From positions 576,001 to 640,000 of the forward strand of contig OZ243956.1 of the NCBI GenBank assembly GCA_965214405.1: a stretch of 64,000 nt of DNA. The letters run 5' to 3'. The translations under genes and the position numbers were made by a program. This document shows, in pieces, positions 1 through 9,603 of this stretch. The notes below the pieces were generated by a model. That model was given only the letters and a program-made list of their open reading frames with translations, did not search any database and had not been told where the DNA came from. This DNA is from Trueperaceae bacterium. Its GTDB lineage: Bacteria; Deinococcota; Deinococci; Deinococcales; Trueperaceae. The first letter of the stretch is position 1; each line of letters opens with the position of its first letter.

Positions 1-778
1 CAAGCTCGGCGTACCAGCCGTCGGTCCACTCGAGCTGGTCCGACAAAAGTCCTGCGTCCCAGAACTGACCAAGCATCTCCAGCGTGGCGACGTTTTGGGG
101 GCTGTCAACGGTGATGTCGCCTTGTTCGTTGTAGTAACCCAGGCCCTGCTGCCAGAGCATCATCTCAAAGGAGCGGGCGTAGTTGTTGGCCTTGTTCTGG
201 GCGAAGCAGTCGCTGCCCGTCGCCTCTTTGATGGTCTGACAAAGCTCAAGATAGTCGCTCCAGGTCGCCACGGAGTTGCTTACCGCTTCGGGGTCGGTCG
301 GTAAGCCCGCCGCCTCGAACACGTCACGGCGGTAGTACATCACCACGGGACCGCTGTCCCAGGGCATCGCGTAGTAGCTGCCGCCCAGCTCGGCCTGCGT
401 CCACTTGAACTGGTTGACGTCGGTCAGATAAGGCTGAACCCGTTCGGTGAGGTCGGCCAGGCCGCCGAAATCGACAAACTGCGCCAGATGGCTGCTCTCG
501 ACAAGCGCCACGTCGGGCGCGCCGACCCCGGATGAGATGGCGAGCTGCAACTGTTGGTAGAGGTCGGCTGTCGCGTAATCTACAAAGTTGACTTCAACGT
601 CCGGGTACTCGGCTTCGAAGTCAGCCAGAACGCCGCTGTCTACGATGGGGTCCATCGCGGCCTTCCAGCCCCAGACGGTAATCTCGCCCGAGGGTTTGGC
701 GTCTTGCGCGCCACCCAGAGAACCAAAAATCACAAACAGGGCGGCAAGGATCAAACGGTTCTTTTTTACTCGCGTCAC
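1..778 (-). CDS. ABC transporter sugar-binding protein (3' end runs off window)
   Basis: Not in ORF track. My translation from GTG 778 (GGAGGA RBS upstream) reads MTRVKKNRLILAALFVIFGSLGGAQDAKPSGEITVWGW...FEAEYPDVEV...GAPDVALVE: a signal peptide plus SBP family 1 motifs. Confidence 0.85.
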   Translation of the reverse strand, partial: MTRVKKNRLILAALFVIFGSLGGAQDAKPSGEITVWGWKAAMDPIVDSGVLADFEAEYPDVEVNFVDYATADLYQQLQLAISSGVGAPDVALVESSHLAQFVDFGGLADLTERVQPYLTDVNQFKWTQAELGGSYYAMPWDSGPVVMYYRRDVFEAAGLPTDPEAVSNSVATWSDYLELCQTIKEATGSDCFAQNKANNYARSFEMMLWQQGLGYYNEQGDITVDSPQNVATLEMLGQFWDAGLLSDQLEWTDGWYAEL

Positions 779-958
779 TTTTCATCCTCCTGACTAACAT
801 TTGCAAAGCGAACTAAGGGTCTGCCCCGATGGTTTCTTACTTCTCCTCTCGAGCAGCGGAACTTTTGAAGTTACCCGAATTCGGGCGGATGGGTCCGCCA
901 AAGGAATCTGAAGGTCTACCGGCTGCCTCTCACTCAAACTGTGCTTATACAGCTAAAA

Positions 959-974
959 TTGTGAACGCCCACAG
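959..974. promoter_or_regulatory. LacI-family operator, copy 1 (TTGTGAACGCCCACAG)
   Basis: AATTGTGAACGCCCACAGTT matches the symmetric lac operator AATTGTGAGCGCTCACAATT at 17/20; exact inverted copy at 1147-1162. Confidence 0.75.
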
Positions 975-1146
975 TTTACACCACATGACGCCCCTGTTGT
1001 CAATGGTCTCCGCCACCAGAGCGACACAAGGTCGACCGACGTACGAGGATATAAAGCAGCACAAAATCATTGGCTAAGGCTTCTGGCACGCATAACCGTT
1101 CTGTCACCGCCAGACGCGCTTGACGTTCCGAAATGACCATGCTAGG

Positions 1147-1162
1147 CTGTGGGCGTTCACAA
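1147..1162. promoter_or_regulatory. LacI-family operator, copy 2 (CTGTGGGCGTTCACAA)
   Basis: Exact reverse complement of 959-974, just upstream of the LacI-family gene. Confidence 0.75.
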
Positions 1163-1221
1163 ACCGCCACACAAGTTGTAAGCCAACAGACAACAAACAT
1201 AAAGGACGCTAAAGAAGACCT

Positions 1222-2262
1222 ATGGCAGATGGCGCTCATAAATCGGTTACCCTCAACGATGTTGCTCGAGACTCGGGCGTTTCTTATCAGACGGTGTCTC
1301 GAGTCGTCAACGCCCATCCACATGTCTCCAAGGCGACGAGGGAGCGTGTACTTACCTCGATTGAGGCGCTGAACTACCGCCCTAACCGCGTGGCGCGGAG
1401 TTTGGCAACGCGGAGCTCGGGCACGCTGGGCATCATCTCTTTTGGCACGACTTATTACGGACCCGCCCAAACGTTTGCCAATATTGAGAGAGCGGTCAGG
1501 GCAAACGGTTATGGCCTAACCTTTTACAGCCTTGACAAACTGACCAAAGAGGGATTGCAAAAAGCGGTTGATTACCTCTCGAGCCACCAAGTGGACGGCA
1601 TCGTTATGGGCGCGCCTTTCATCGGCCTGGACCCTACAGGCGTCATGGAGCTGTGCGGGAACATCCCGGTGGTGATGATCGACGTTCCTAAAGATGCTCC
1701 CGTGCCGTCGGTGGTGATTGATCAGGTTGCAGGCTCTAGGCTAGCCACACAGCATTTTATCGATCTGGGCCATAAAGACATTGCGGAGGTGAGTGGGCCG
1801 CTTAGCTGGCACGACGCGACGCTAAGACACGAAGCTTGGCTGGCGACCCTGCGAGCGGCAAGCCTCACCCCAGGGCCTAGCGCGGAGGGGGACTGGTCCG
1901 CCGCCGGAGGATACAGGGCCACAGAGCAGCTCCTAAAGACGGGTAAGCGCTTTTCGGCCTTGGTTGCCGCCAACGACCAGACGGCGCTGGGCGCGCAGCG
2001 CGCGCTGCGCGCGCACAACTTGCGCGTCCCTGAAGACGTCTCTATGGTTGGGTTTGACAACATCCCGGAAGCCGCTTTTTTTGAGCCGCCCCTTACAACC
2101 GTAAGTCAAGACTTTACCGCGCTCGGGCAGCAAAGTGTTGACTATTTACTCGCTTTAATTGGCGACCCTGAAACTCCTTTGCATCAGCGCGTGCTTTATC
2201 CAACGTTGGTGGAACGGCAAAGTGTAAAAAAAAGGGAGGCGGAGGATGAAGCGCGCCGTTAG
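1222..2262 (+). CDS. LacI-family transcriptional regulator
   Basis: HTH VTLNDVARDSGVSYQTVSRVVN, hinge LNYRPNRVARSL, C-terminal ligand domain (VGFDN, PPLTTV). Confidence 0.95.
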   Translation: MADGAHKSVTLNDVARDSGVSYQTVSRVVNAHPHVSKATRERVLTSIEALNYRPNRVARSLATRSSGTLGIISFGTTYYGPAQTFANIERAVRANGYGLTFYSLDKLTKEGLQKAVDYLSSHQVDGIVMGAPFIGLDPTGVMELCGNIPVVMIDVPKDAPVPSVVIDQVAGSRLATQHFIDLGHKDIAEVSGPLSWHDATLRHEAWLATLRAASLTPGPSAEGDWSAAGGYRATEQLLKTGKRFSALVAANDQTALGAQRALRAHNLRVPEDVSMVGFDNIPEAAFFEPPLTTVSQDFTALGQQSVDYLLALIGDPETPLHQRVLYPTLVERQSVKKREAEDEARR

Positions 2263-2577
2263 CACCAACTTTCGGTACTTTGGCAGGCTGTGCAGGTTTT
2301 AGCAGTTTATAAATCGAGACTTGAGGTACTGCTTTATTGGTTCATTCCTAAGTACACGACAAAAGCCGAAAACAGCGGTCCAGGTCAGGCTTTTTGGTTG
2401 CCGAGTTGGTGAGCAGATGCCTGAGATGGTCTAAGCCTGCCCGGAATAAAGACTTCTGCTTGCGCCCGTGCGACTTCATTCGAACAGGTTTGAGCTGACG
2501 GTGAACAAATGCTCCGACTTTCAAGGCCCATAAGAAAGCCAGGGTCACAACGACAAGTAAGGTGTTAATGCGCTCTA

Positions 2578-3768
2578 GTACCCTAACCAGGTAGAACAGA
2601 GGGGTAAAGTCGTTTAAGTTTAACGCGGGCATCGTCTGTGGTGAAGCGCCAGTCCACAGTATTTTTACGATTGTTACGCTGCCCAGCCCAGACTTGAACG
2701 TCTTCTTTGAGAGTGTCCACGGAGGCTACGTGGTCAGCCAAACACTGTTTAGCCAAGACGGAAAGTTCGATTTCTGCCATGTTCAACCACGAACCGTGTA
2801 CAGGTGTGTAGTGGATTTCAAGCTTCTGGACCAACCGTTGCGCCTCGTGGGGAGCAAAGGTTTGGTAAAGGCTGCTGGCGTGGTGGGTGCTCAGGTTGTC
2901 CTGCACCAGCACGACCTTGCTTGCGTCGGGGAAGCACTCGTCCACTAAATAGCGGATGACATGGGCGTAATCGTCGGCAGTGCGCGTTTTATGAACTTGC
3001 ACCTCACGCCACGCCTCAAGTGGCGCAAAAAGCATGAACAGGTTGGCCTGGCCGTGGCGCTCGTATTCGTAATCCACACGCTGAGGCTTGCCCGGCTCTA
3101 AGGGCAGGTCTTCCTGGACGCTGCTTGTAAGTTGTTTACACGCTTCGTCCAAACATACCACCGGTCGCTTAGGGTCGTGCGGACGTTGGTAGACTTCCAG
3201 TACATCTTCCATTTGGGCGACGAAGCGGGCGTTCTCTTTGGGTGGAATCACCCAGCACTTCTTTAACCAAGGCTTGAGTTCGTTTTTTTAAGCGTTTGTC
3301 GGATGGTCTCTTTCGCAACGCCATCGACGTAGCCCGCCGCAATCACTTTGTCTTGCAGCAGTTCCAGGGTCCAGCGCTTTCGTCCCTTGGGAGCTTCGCT
3401 GCAAACGCTGGCAATCAGAAACGCCTCTGCTTCGCCACCCAGCACTCTTACCTTGCGCTGCTGTTGCTCTTTACGAAATACCGACTCTACACCTCGCTCT
3501 AAAAACGCCTTCTTGACTCGCACTACCGTAGGTGGACTGACCCTTAGCTTGGTTCGTATCGCCTCGACTTTCCACGCGCCTTCCTCACGGTTGGTGTCCG
3601 ACAACAGCAGAATGCGGGCACGGGTCTTTTCTCGTAGCGAGCGCTTATTCGCACGTGCTAACTTTTCTAGCTCTGTACGTTCTTCGGCTTGTAAGCTTAT
3701 CTTTATGGCTGCTGGCATGAAAGAAAAAATAGCAGCTTTTGTCTTAACTTGCTACCTGGTTGGGGTAC
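2578..3768 (-). mobile_element. IS630-family insertion sequence
   Basis: TIRs GTACCCTAACCAGGTAG and CTACCTGGTTGGGGTAC (1 mismatch), flanked by duplicated TA (2576-2577, 3769-3770) from a CTAG target. Confidence 0.92.
2583..3718 (-). CDS. IS630 transposase (HTH ORF 3263-3718 plus DDE ORF 2583-3251, probable programmed -1 frameshift)
   Basis: VVCLDE, VQDNLSTH and SWLNMAEIE motifs; A7 run near 3283-3289 joins LKK to NELKPWLKKCWVIPP. Confidence 0.88.
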
Positions 3769-5192
3769 TAGGTGCTTGAGATGCGTAGCTTCAAAGTCAA
3801 AGCCGCTGCTTTTCAAGGCTTTGAACAAGCATTCTATCTGCCAGCGCTTCGCGTAGCTTGCGAGGGCCTGCTTAGGATTGCGGTTGGTGACGACGATGAT
3901 GTATTCTCCACCCTCTAAACGCGCGCCTGCAACCCCAAGCTCAACACCAAAGACAGTGTAGCGCTGTTTAAGTACCTTGTGCTCACCCACAGGTAGATGC
4001 TGGAAAAAGCCGAACAGATGAAACCAGCCATCACCGAGAGCGTCTTTACGCACGCGGATAACGAAAGGGATGTGCTTACGCTCAAGATAAGCGAACCAGT
4101 CGCCCCCGATGAACTCCCTATCGGCTAGCAGCACCTCTAGCTGGTCTACGGGCAAAAGTTTTAGCAAACGCTCCAAAAGCGTAATGCGTTCTTGCGTGGC
4201 GGAGTTGCCAGCCTTGGGCAAAAGACACCACAGTAAGGGAACCGCTACGCCCTCATGCGCATAAGCCAGGGTCAAGATGTTGATGTCGAGTTTGCCAAAC
4301 TTCCAGTTCGTCCGGTCTAGGCACAGGCTGTAGCTTCGCTTGGGACCTAGACTCAGCGCGTACCTGAAAACTGTCTCATCGGCCAAGTGCAAGCCTTGGA
4401 AAAACCGTTGCGCCCGTCTGTAAAGCGAGTCCGGCTGGGCTCTGCCCTCCATCATGCCTACCAACGTCGCCAAGTTCACCGTCTTTGCCTGCACCATCGC
4501 GATCATCAACAAGCTCAAGAACTTAAGCCGTGACGGGTGCAGCTTTAAGCCGCTCGCTTTCAACTGTGCCAGCAACCCGGTATGCTTCATATGCTCTCCC
4601 TTGAAGTGGTGTCTCGCAACATCCATTCTTCACTGGAGAGCCCTTTATTTCAAATCTGTCGTGTACTGAGGGTTCATTCATCAAACGACCACCCCCAAAG
4701 GTGGTGGAATTGAGAAATAATTATAAAAGAGGAAGCCCCGGCGACGCCTTTCCTCTTGCTTCTCCCGCTCTTCTTGATATTTAGACGTCACCAGCACCAC
4801 AGACGGTGGGTTCCCACGAGGGACTGGACGCACCCGAGGGTGCTTCGGAGGGAGCTTCAACACAAAGGGACTTTAACACGTAAACCAGGACACAACGCTT
4901 CAGGCTGCGCGAGAGCCAGCGACCAGAGGGATAGGGCGAGGACGAAAAAGTAGCGCACGGGCTTCACTGTAGCAAGCGCACCGCAGACAACATCCTAGTC
5001 TGGACAAAATTACTGGACAAGTTAGCGTTCCCAGGAGCGGACTGCGTAGCTAACGCGTGACTGAGCGGTGGTTTAGGCGATGCTGCCTGCCCTAAACGAG
5101 CTCAACGTTTACGATAACCGCTGTGGTAAACATCCTGTGAGAAAAACTCAATCCACAAAGTGACGGTTAGGATATAGGCTGAGGAAGCCCCG

Positions 5193-5270
5193 CAACGGCG
5201 TGGCCCGCCCGTAATACAACGGCATGACTGCCCGTAATACAACGGCGTGGCTCGCCCGTAACGCAACGGC
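5193..5270. repeat. Tandem 23-24 bp repeat (about 3.3 copies) upstream of prs
   Basis: CAACGGCGTGGCCCGCCCGTAATA / CAACGGCATGACTGCCCGTAATA / CAACGGCGTGGCTCGCCCGTAACG / CAACGGC. Confidence 0.85.
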
Positions 5271-5415
5271 AGGGCGGCGGGAGGGGAGGCTACGTGGCGG
5301 TTTTCACTGACACTACCGTCTATGGGCGCAGACATCACCACCATGACTACGTTCCACCCGGTAACGTACACGCCGAATCTCGCTTATATAGATGACACCT
5401 GTTATAAAGGAGACT

Positions 5416-6360
5416 ATGGACACTGACATGCTCGTCTTTAGCGGCTCGGGCAGCCCCAGGCTGACGGACGCCATCTGCGGTTACTTGGGCGTAACGCCCG
5501 GCAGGCGCGACGTGTTCCGCTTTTCGGAAGGCAACCTGTTCGTCCGCGTCGAGGAGAACGTGCGCGGGCGTCACGTGTATCTGGTTCAGTCCACGGGGTT
5601 TCCGGCCAACGACAACTTTATGGAGCTCCTTTTCTGGATTGACGCGTTCAAGCGCGCGAGCGCGTGCTCGGTCACGGTCGTCATCCCCTACTTTTCTTAC
5701 GCCAAGGGTGATAAAAAAGACGAGCCCAGGGTGTCGATTCGCGCGCGCGTCTGCGCCGACGCCGTCGAGGCGGCGGGCGCGGACCGGGTGGTCACGATGG
5801 ACCTGCACTCGCCGCAGATTCAGGGCTTTTTCAAGATCCCGGTGGACGACCTCTACGCGCTGCCCTTCCTCTGCGACGCGGTCAAACGGCTGAATCTACC
5901 TGAACTCATCGTGGTCTCGCCCGACGCGGGCTTTGCCAAAAAGGCGCGGCAGTACGCGTCAAAACTCGGCACCTCTCTGGCCATCTGTGATAAGGAACGA
6001 AGCGCGCACGACGAGAACGCCGAGGTCTTAGAGATCATCGGCGACGTGCGGGGCAAGACGGCGCTGCTGGTCGACGACCTCATGCTCTCGGGCGGCACGC
6101 TCGTCGACGCGGCGGGGAAGCTGCTCGAGGAGGGCGCTTTGGCCGTCTACGCCGCCGTCACGCACGCGGCGGTGTCGGAGCGCTCGATAAAGAAGCTTAG
6201 CGCGAGCGCCATCCGCCGCATTTTCGTTACCGACTCCATCGAGACGCAGCCCGTGGCGCTGACCGAGCGTTTCGAGGTTGTGTCGGTCGCGCCGCTTTTG
6301 GGTGAGGCCATCCGCCGCATCCATCATCACGAGAGTATCAGCGTGCTTTTTCAGGATTAG
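5416..6360 (+). CDS. prs: Ribose-phosphate pyrophosphokinase (divergent)
   Basis: FSEGNL, ENVRG, MDLHSPQIQGFF, VSPDAG and DDLMLSGGT motifs; AAGGAG RBS before ATG 5416. Confidence 0.9.
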   Translation: MDTDMLVFSGSGSPRLTDAICGYLGVTPGRRDVFRFSEGNLFVRVEENVRGRHVYLVQSTGFPANDNFMELLFWIDAFKRASACSVTVVIPYFSYAKGDKKDEPRVSIRARVCADAVEAAGADRVVTMDLHSPQIQGFFKIPVDDLYALPFLCDAVKRLNLPELIVVSPDAGFAKKARQYASKLGTSLAICDKERSAHDENAEVLEIIGDVRGKTALLVDDLMLSGGTLVDAAGKLLEEGALAVYAAVTHAAVSERSIKKLSASAIRRIFVTDSIETQPVALTERFEVVSVAPLLGEAIRRIHHHESISVLFQD

Positions 6361-6459
6361 GGAGAAGCACAGGAAAAAGTGGGAGAACGTAACTGGGTAA
6401 ACAAAACTTTGTGGGTATTTACCACGCGGCTCCCGCTTCAACCTCGCTTCACCCTCGCT

Positions 6460-6924
6460 TCAACGGTGGCGCGTAAAGTGCTTCTGCGGACCGCCCAAAC
6501 CTTTGGCGTAGACGTAAAGCAAGCCCAACCAGGAAACGCCGACACCCGCAATGGCCCAGGGGCTGAAGCCGGGCGTGGTGAGCGAAAGGGAGAGGTGCTG
6601 ACGCCACGCCACCTCCAGAAAACCTCCCAGCCAGCTCAAGAAAAAGCTAAGTCCCAAAAAAATAACGTTAGCAGCGGCGGCTTGCGGGAGCGCGGAAGGG
6701 GTTCGCTCCCGAAAGAGTCGCAACGAGAGCAGAAGCGCACCCAGCACGACAGTCGTTTGGCTTACGAGAAAGTCTCCGGGCGGGCCTTCAAAAAAGTCGT
6801 TGATACGCCTCGAGAAGGTTCCGAGTGGAGGCTCCCCTTCCGTTACATCCCACGGCGCAAGCAGCCCCTCCACGTACGCAGCCAGTAAAAAGTAAACGGC
6901 GTACCAGGTCACAATCAAGGCCAA
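6460..6924 (-). CDS. Hypothetical membrane protein
   Basis: 154-aa ORF with about four hydrophobic segments. Confidence 0.55.
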   Translation of the reverse strand: MALIVTWYAVYFLLAAYVEGLLAPWDVTEGEPPLGTFSRRINDFFEGPPGDFLVSQTTVVLGALLLSLRLFRERTPSALPQAAAANVIFLGLSFFLSWLGGFLEVAWRQHLSLSLTTPGFSPWAIAGVGVSWLGLLYVYAKGLGGPQKHFTRHR

Positions 6925-7102
6925 GAGGCTTGAAAGAAAACCGAAACCTTTTAGAGCCGCGTGCTTACCCGTACGTTCGCCCTTTCACCGTGAAATAATC
7001 TACTTTGAAGAGGACGTTCGCGCCAAATCGGGTGGACGCGAGCATAGTCTTATAGTCACGTCTCAGAAAGTTAAAAGTGAAGCGGTTTGGGCCAGACGTC
7101 AC

Positions 7103-7732
7103 CTATTGGGATTTCCTGAGGTCAAGCTCGAGCGTCGCCAGATAAACCTTGTCGGTGCCTCCAATGAGGGTGCCCGTTCCAATTTGTTCGTTCGTGCGCG
7201 GGTCGAAGATGCGCACGGAGGTGTTGGTGGGTTCGGGGCTGGGTTGTTGCCCTTCTTCTTGTACCATATTGATATACGCCTCCATTGGAAAGTCAGCGGG
7301 ACAGATGGTCGCCCGGAACGCGCGGTGGGGTTGGATGGTGGCGTCGCTGGGCTCGAGCCCCCAGCGCTCACAAATCGCCCGCGCCAGCCGTACGGAGGCG
7401 GCAAGCTGCGCCTCGTTGGGTTCGTAGTTTACCCCGACGCCCTCGTGCTCTATGCCAATCGAGCGTAAATTTACTTCGTAAACGCCCGCGTGAAAGGCCG
7501 TGTCGGCTTCGCGCACAAACCGCCACACCTCCCCCTCTTGCGTGACTAGGTAGTGCGCGCTCACCCCAGCCTTGGGCGAGGCGAACCAGCGCGCGGTCGC
7601 CACCTCGCTTCCTTGCGTCACGTGGATGACGATGAGGTCAACCGGCTCGCCCGCCCTGCCTTCTTTATAGTTGCCGGACGCGACGGGTTTTTCGGTGATG
7701 ATCATTGGGGGATGGTCATGAGGGAAGGTCAC
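7103..7732 (-). CDS. N-acetylmuramoyl-L-alanine amidase (Amidase_2)
   Basis: IVIHVT, SAHYLV, AFHAG, NLRSIGIEHEG and H...CP zinc-ligand motifs. Confidence 0.9.
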   Translation of the reverse strand: MTFPHDHPPMIITEKPVASGNYKEGRAGEPVDLIVIHVTQGSEVATARWFASPKAGVSAHYLVTQEGEVWRFVREADTAFHAGVYEVNLRSIGIEHEGVGVNYEPNEAQLAASVRLARAICERWGLEPSDATIQPHRAFRATICPADFPMEAYINMVQEEGQQPSPEPTNTSVRIFDPRTNEQIGTGTLIGGTDKVYLATLELDLRKSQ

Positions 7733-7809
7733 AGGTCTTCCGGGTTTCGCGTAGCATGTTTGAACGCTACCAAAAGCGTTGCGGCTGAGGTGTGACCTTT
7801 TAACCGGAT

Positions 7810-8229
7810 TTAACTCTCACTTTCATGCTCGAGGAGCACCTCAAACGACACTTCCGCCTTGAGGCTCGCCGCGACCGAGCAGTATTTATTCATGCCGAGG
7901 TCCACAAAGCGCTCGGCGGTCGCCCTATCCAAACCAGGCACATTAAAGATGTGCTTGGCGTGGATGTGCGTGTAGGGTGCGGGGACACCGTCGGCGCGGC
8001 GGCCTTCAAGCTCGATGCGGTACGCCTCGACCCGCAAACGGCGCTTGCCGATCATCTCGACGATGTCGTACGCGGCGCAGCCGCCGAGCGCGTTTAGGAG
8101 GAGATCCATCGGGCGCATCCCGGTGGGTGCGTGAGGCTCGCCGTCGATCATGACGCGCTGGCCCTCGGGCGTGACGGCGACAAAACGTTTGCCGACGAGG
8201 TGGTGCAGGGTGGTCGTCTTGGTTGCCAT
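7810..8229 (-). CDS. OsmC/YhfA-family protein
   Basis: GMRPMDLLLNALGGC and KYCSV motifs. Confidence 0.9.
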   Translation of the reverse strand: MATKTTTLHHLVGKRFVAVTPEGQRVMIDGEPHAPTGMRPMDLLLNALGGCAAYDIVEMIGKRRLRVEAYRIELEGRRADGVPAPYTHIHAKHIFNVPGLDRATAERFVDLGMNKYCSVAASLKAEVSFEVLLEHESES

Positions 8230-8363
8230 GCCCTAGTATGCGCCCCCGCATTTTGAGACGTGTTAGCAAAAAGACACAAGGAAGCGCGAAATGTCAAAAA
8301 GTTTATGCGCCCCGCATTTTTGTCGTGGTAGTGAGAAAAGGCGCAGGCTATACTTTGACGTAC

Positions 8364-8921
8364 ATGAACGCCCCGCCGCCCAAAGCTTCTAAAAAAGTAT
8401 GGCGGCGTTGGGCCAAGGAGACGCGGGCGAGCTTGTCAAAGGATGCGCTGAGTTCGAGGGTTGTGGAGGCGCTCGAGCTTTGGCCCCTCTACCAAGAAGC
8501 GGCCCACGTGCTGACCTACGCTGCGTTTGGCTCTGAAATTAACCTTTCCACCCTACAAAACAAACGGTTTTACCTTACCCGCACGGGTGAGACGCCCCAG
8601 CAGGGTCTTACGGTGCATGAGGTGGCGGGGGGGCTCGAGCTTCATCCCTACGGCTATCATCAACCCTTTGCCACTGCGGACGTTGTACCACCCGAACATA
8701 TAAACCTAGCCCTCGTCCCCGGCCTCTGCTTTGATGAGCGCGGCGCGCGCCTCGGTTACGGCCTCGGCTACTACGACCGCCTGCTCCCGCTCTTGCTTAG
8801 GGGCGTGCCCATCGTCGGCGTGACGGCGGAGGCGCTGGTGGTGCCTGAACTTCCCCTAGACGCTTTTGACTTTCCTATGACCCACCTTGTGACCGAGAGA
8901 GGGGTGAGGCGGGTGGGGTAG
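8364..8921 (+). CDS. 5-formyltetrahydrofolate cyclo-ligase
   Basis: LVPGLCFDERGARLGYGLGYYDRLL motif; start reassigned to ATG 8364. Confidence 0.9.
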   Translation: MNAPPPKASKKVWRRWAKETRASLSKDALSSRVVEALELWPLYQEAAHVLTYAAFGSEINLSTLQNKRFYLTRTGETPQQGLTVHEVAGGLELHPYGYHQPFATADVVPPEHINLALVPGLCFDERGARLGYGLGYYDRLLPLLLRGVPIVGVTAEALVVPELPLDAFDFPMTHLVTERGVRRVG

Positions 8922-8931
8922 GCCCTGAGTC

Positions 8932-9597
8932 CTACAGATTGGGCAAGACCTCCGTCCACACCCCAAACAGACCGATACCGACCAGCAGAAGGCCCGATAT
9001 CCGCGTCAGCAGCTTGTAGTTTCGGGTGAGCCAGCCCGTCGAGCGCCGCTGTAAGGGCAGCGCCACGAGCGGCAGCACGACGAGCGGCCAGCCGAAGCCG
9101 AGGCCGAAAAAGAGAAAGTAAACGAGGCCGTCCGCGAGCACCGCGAAACTCCCCGCACCCACCAAAAAGGCGCTCAAAATCACCGGCCCCGCGCAGGGCA
9201 GCGTCATGGGGCCGAGCAGGAGGCCGTAGACGTAAGCGGACCAATACGGGTTCCTCAAAAGGGGTGTCTGAAACGTCCCCAACCTGGCAAAAGGATTCAC
9301 CCCCGCGAGCATCATGAGTCCCAGCACGATGACCGCGCCGTAGATGACCGGGAGGAGCCAGGGCAAAACCGCGCCGAAAGAGCGTTGGAGCAAAAAGAGC
9401 AGCCCCCCGACGAGCGTCATCAGCGTGAGGATACCCGCCAGCACGAATATCCCCAACCAGCCCGTCGCGCGTTTGGACGCTTCATTGTTCGCGTTGCCCG
9501 CCAGGAAAGCGATGAGCCCAGGGTAGAGGGGCAACATACAAACGTTGGTAAGAATCGCCCCGTTGCCCAACAAAAAAGCCGAAAGGAGAACGCCCAC
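8932..9597 (-). CDS. CcdA/DsbD-type membrane thiol-disulfide electron transporter
   Basis: About six TM helices with VCMLPLYP and LPCAGP cysteine motifs. Confidence 0.85.
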   Translation of the reverse strand: MGVLLSAFLLGNGAILTNVCMLPLYPGLIAFLAGNANNEASKRATGWLGIFVLAGILTLMTLVGGLLFLLQRSFGAVLPWLLPVIYGAVIVLGLMMLAGVNPFARLGTFQTPLLRNPYWSAYVYGLLLGPMTLPCAGPVILSAFLVGAGSFAVLADGLVYFLFFGLGFGWPLVVLPLVALPLQRRSTGWLTRNYKLLTRISGLLLVGIGLFGVWTEVLPNL

Positions 9598-9603
9598 GGC
9601 CCT

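Larger units (their letters stand above)
2348..4626 (-). pseudogene. IS4-family DDE transposase, split by IS630 insertion
   Basis: Motifs LDRTNWKFG, ADREF and YAKRWQIECLFKALKS in the 5' part; removing the IS630 rejoins ...EATHLKHL to ERINTLLVVV... in frame. Confidence 0.9.
2348..4670 (-). mobile_element. IS4-family (IS10-group-like) insertion sequence, interrupted by IS630
   Basis: TIRs CTAAGTACACGACA (2348-2361) and TGTCGTGTACTGAG (4657-4670); 9-bp target duplication GGTTCATTC at 2339-2347 and 4671-4679. Confidence 0.9.

Noticed and set aside
4681..4967. Small minus-strand ORFs (36-aa signal-peptide-like 4857-4967 and 60-aa 4681-4863)
   Set aside because: Could be a decayed exported-protein gene, but there is no RBS or recognisable motif to support a call.
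5193..5270. Repeat upstream of prs as a CRISPR array
   Set aside because: Units are directly adjacent with only 6-7 variable bases; there are no spacer-length unique segments.
7103..7732. Amidase as a prophage endolysin
   Set aside because: No holin, structural or integrase genes nearby; flanked by housekeeping genes.
8230..8363. 6S RNA upstream of the 5-formyl-THF cyclo-ligase gene
   Set aside because: The gap is only about 130 bp, is shared with a divergent gene, and shows no long rod-like pairing.
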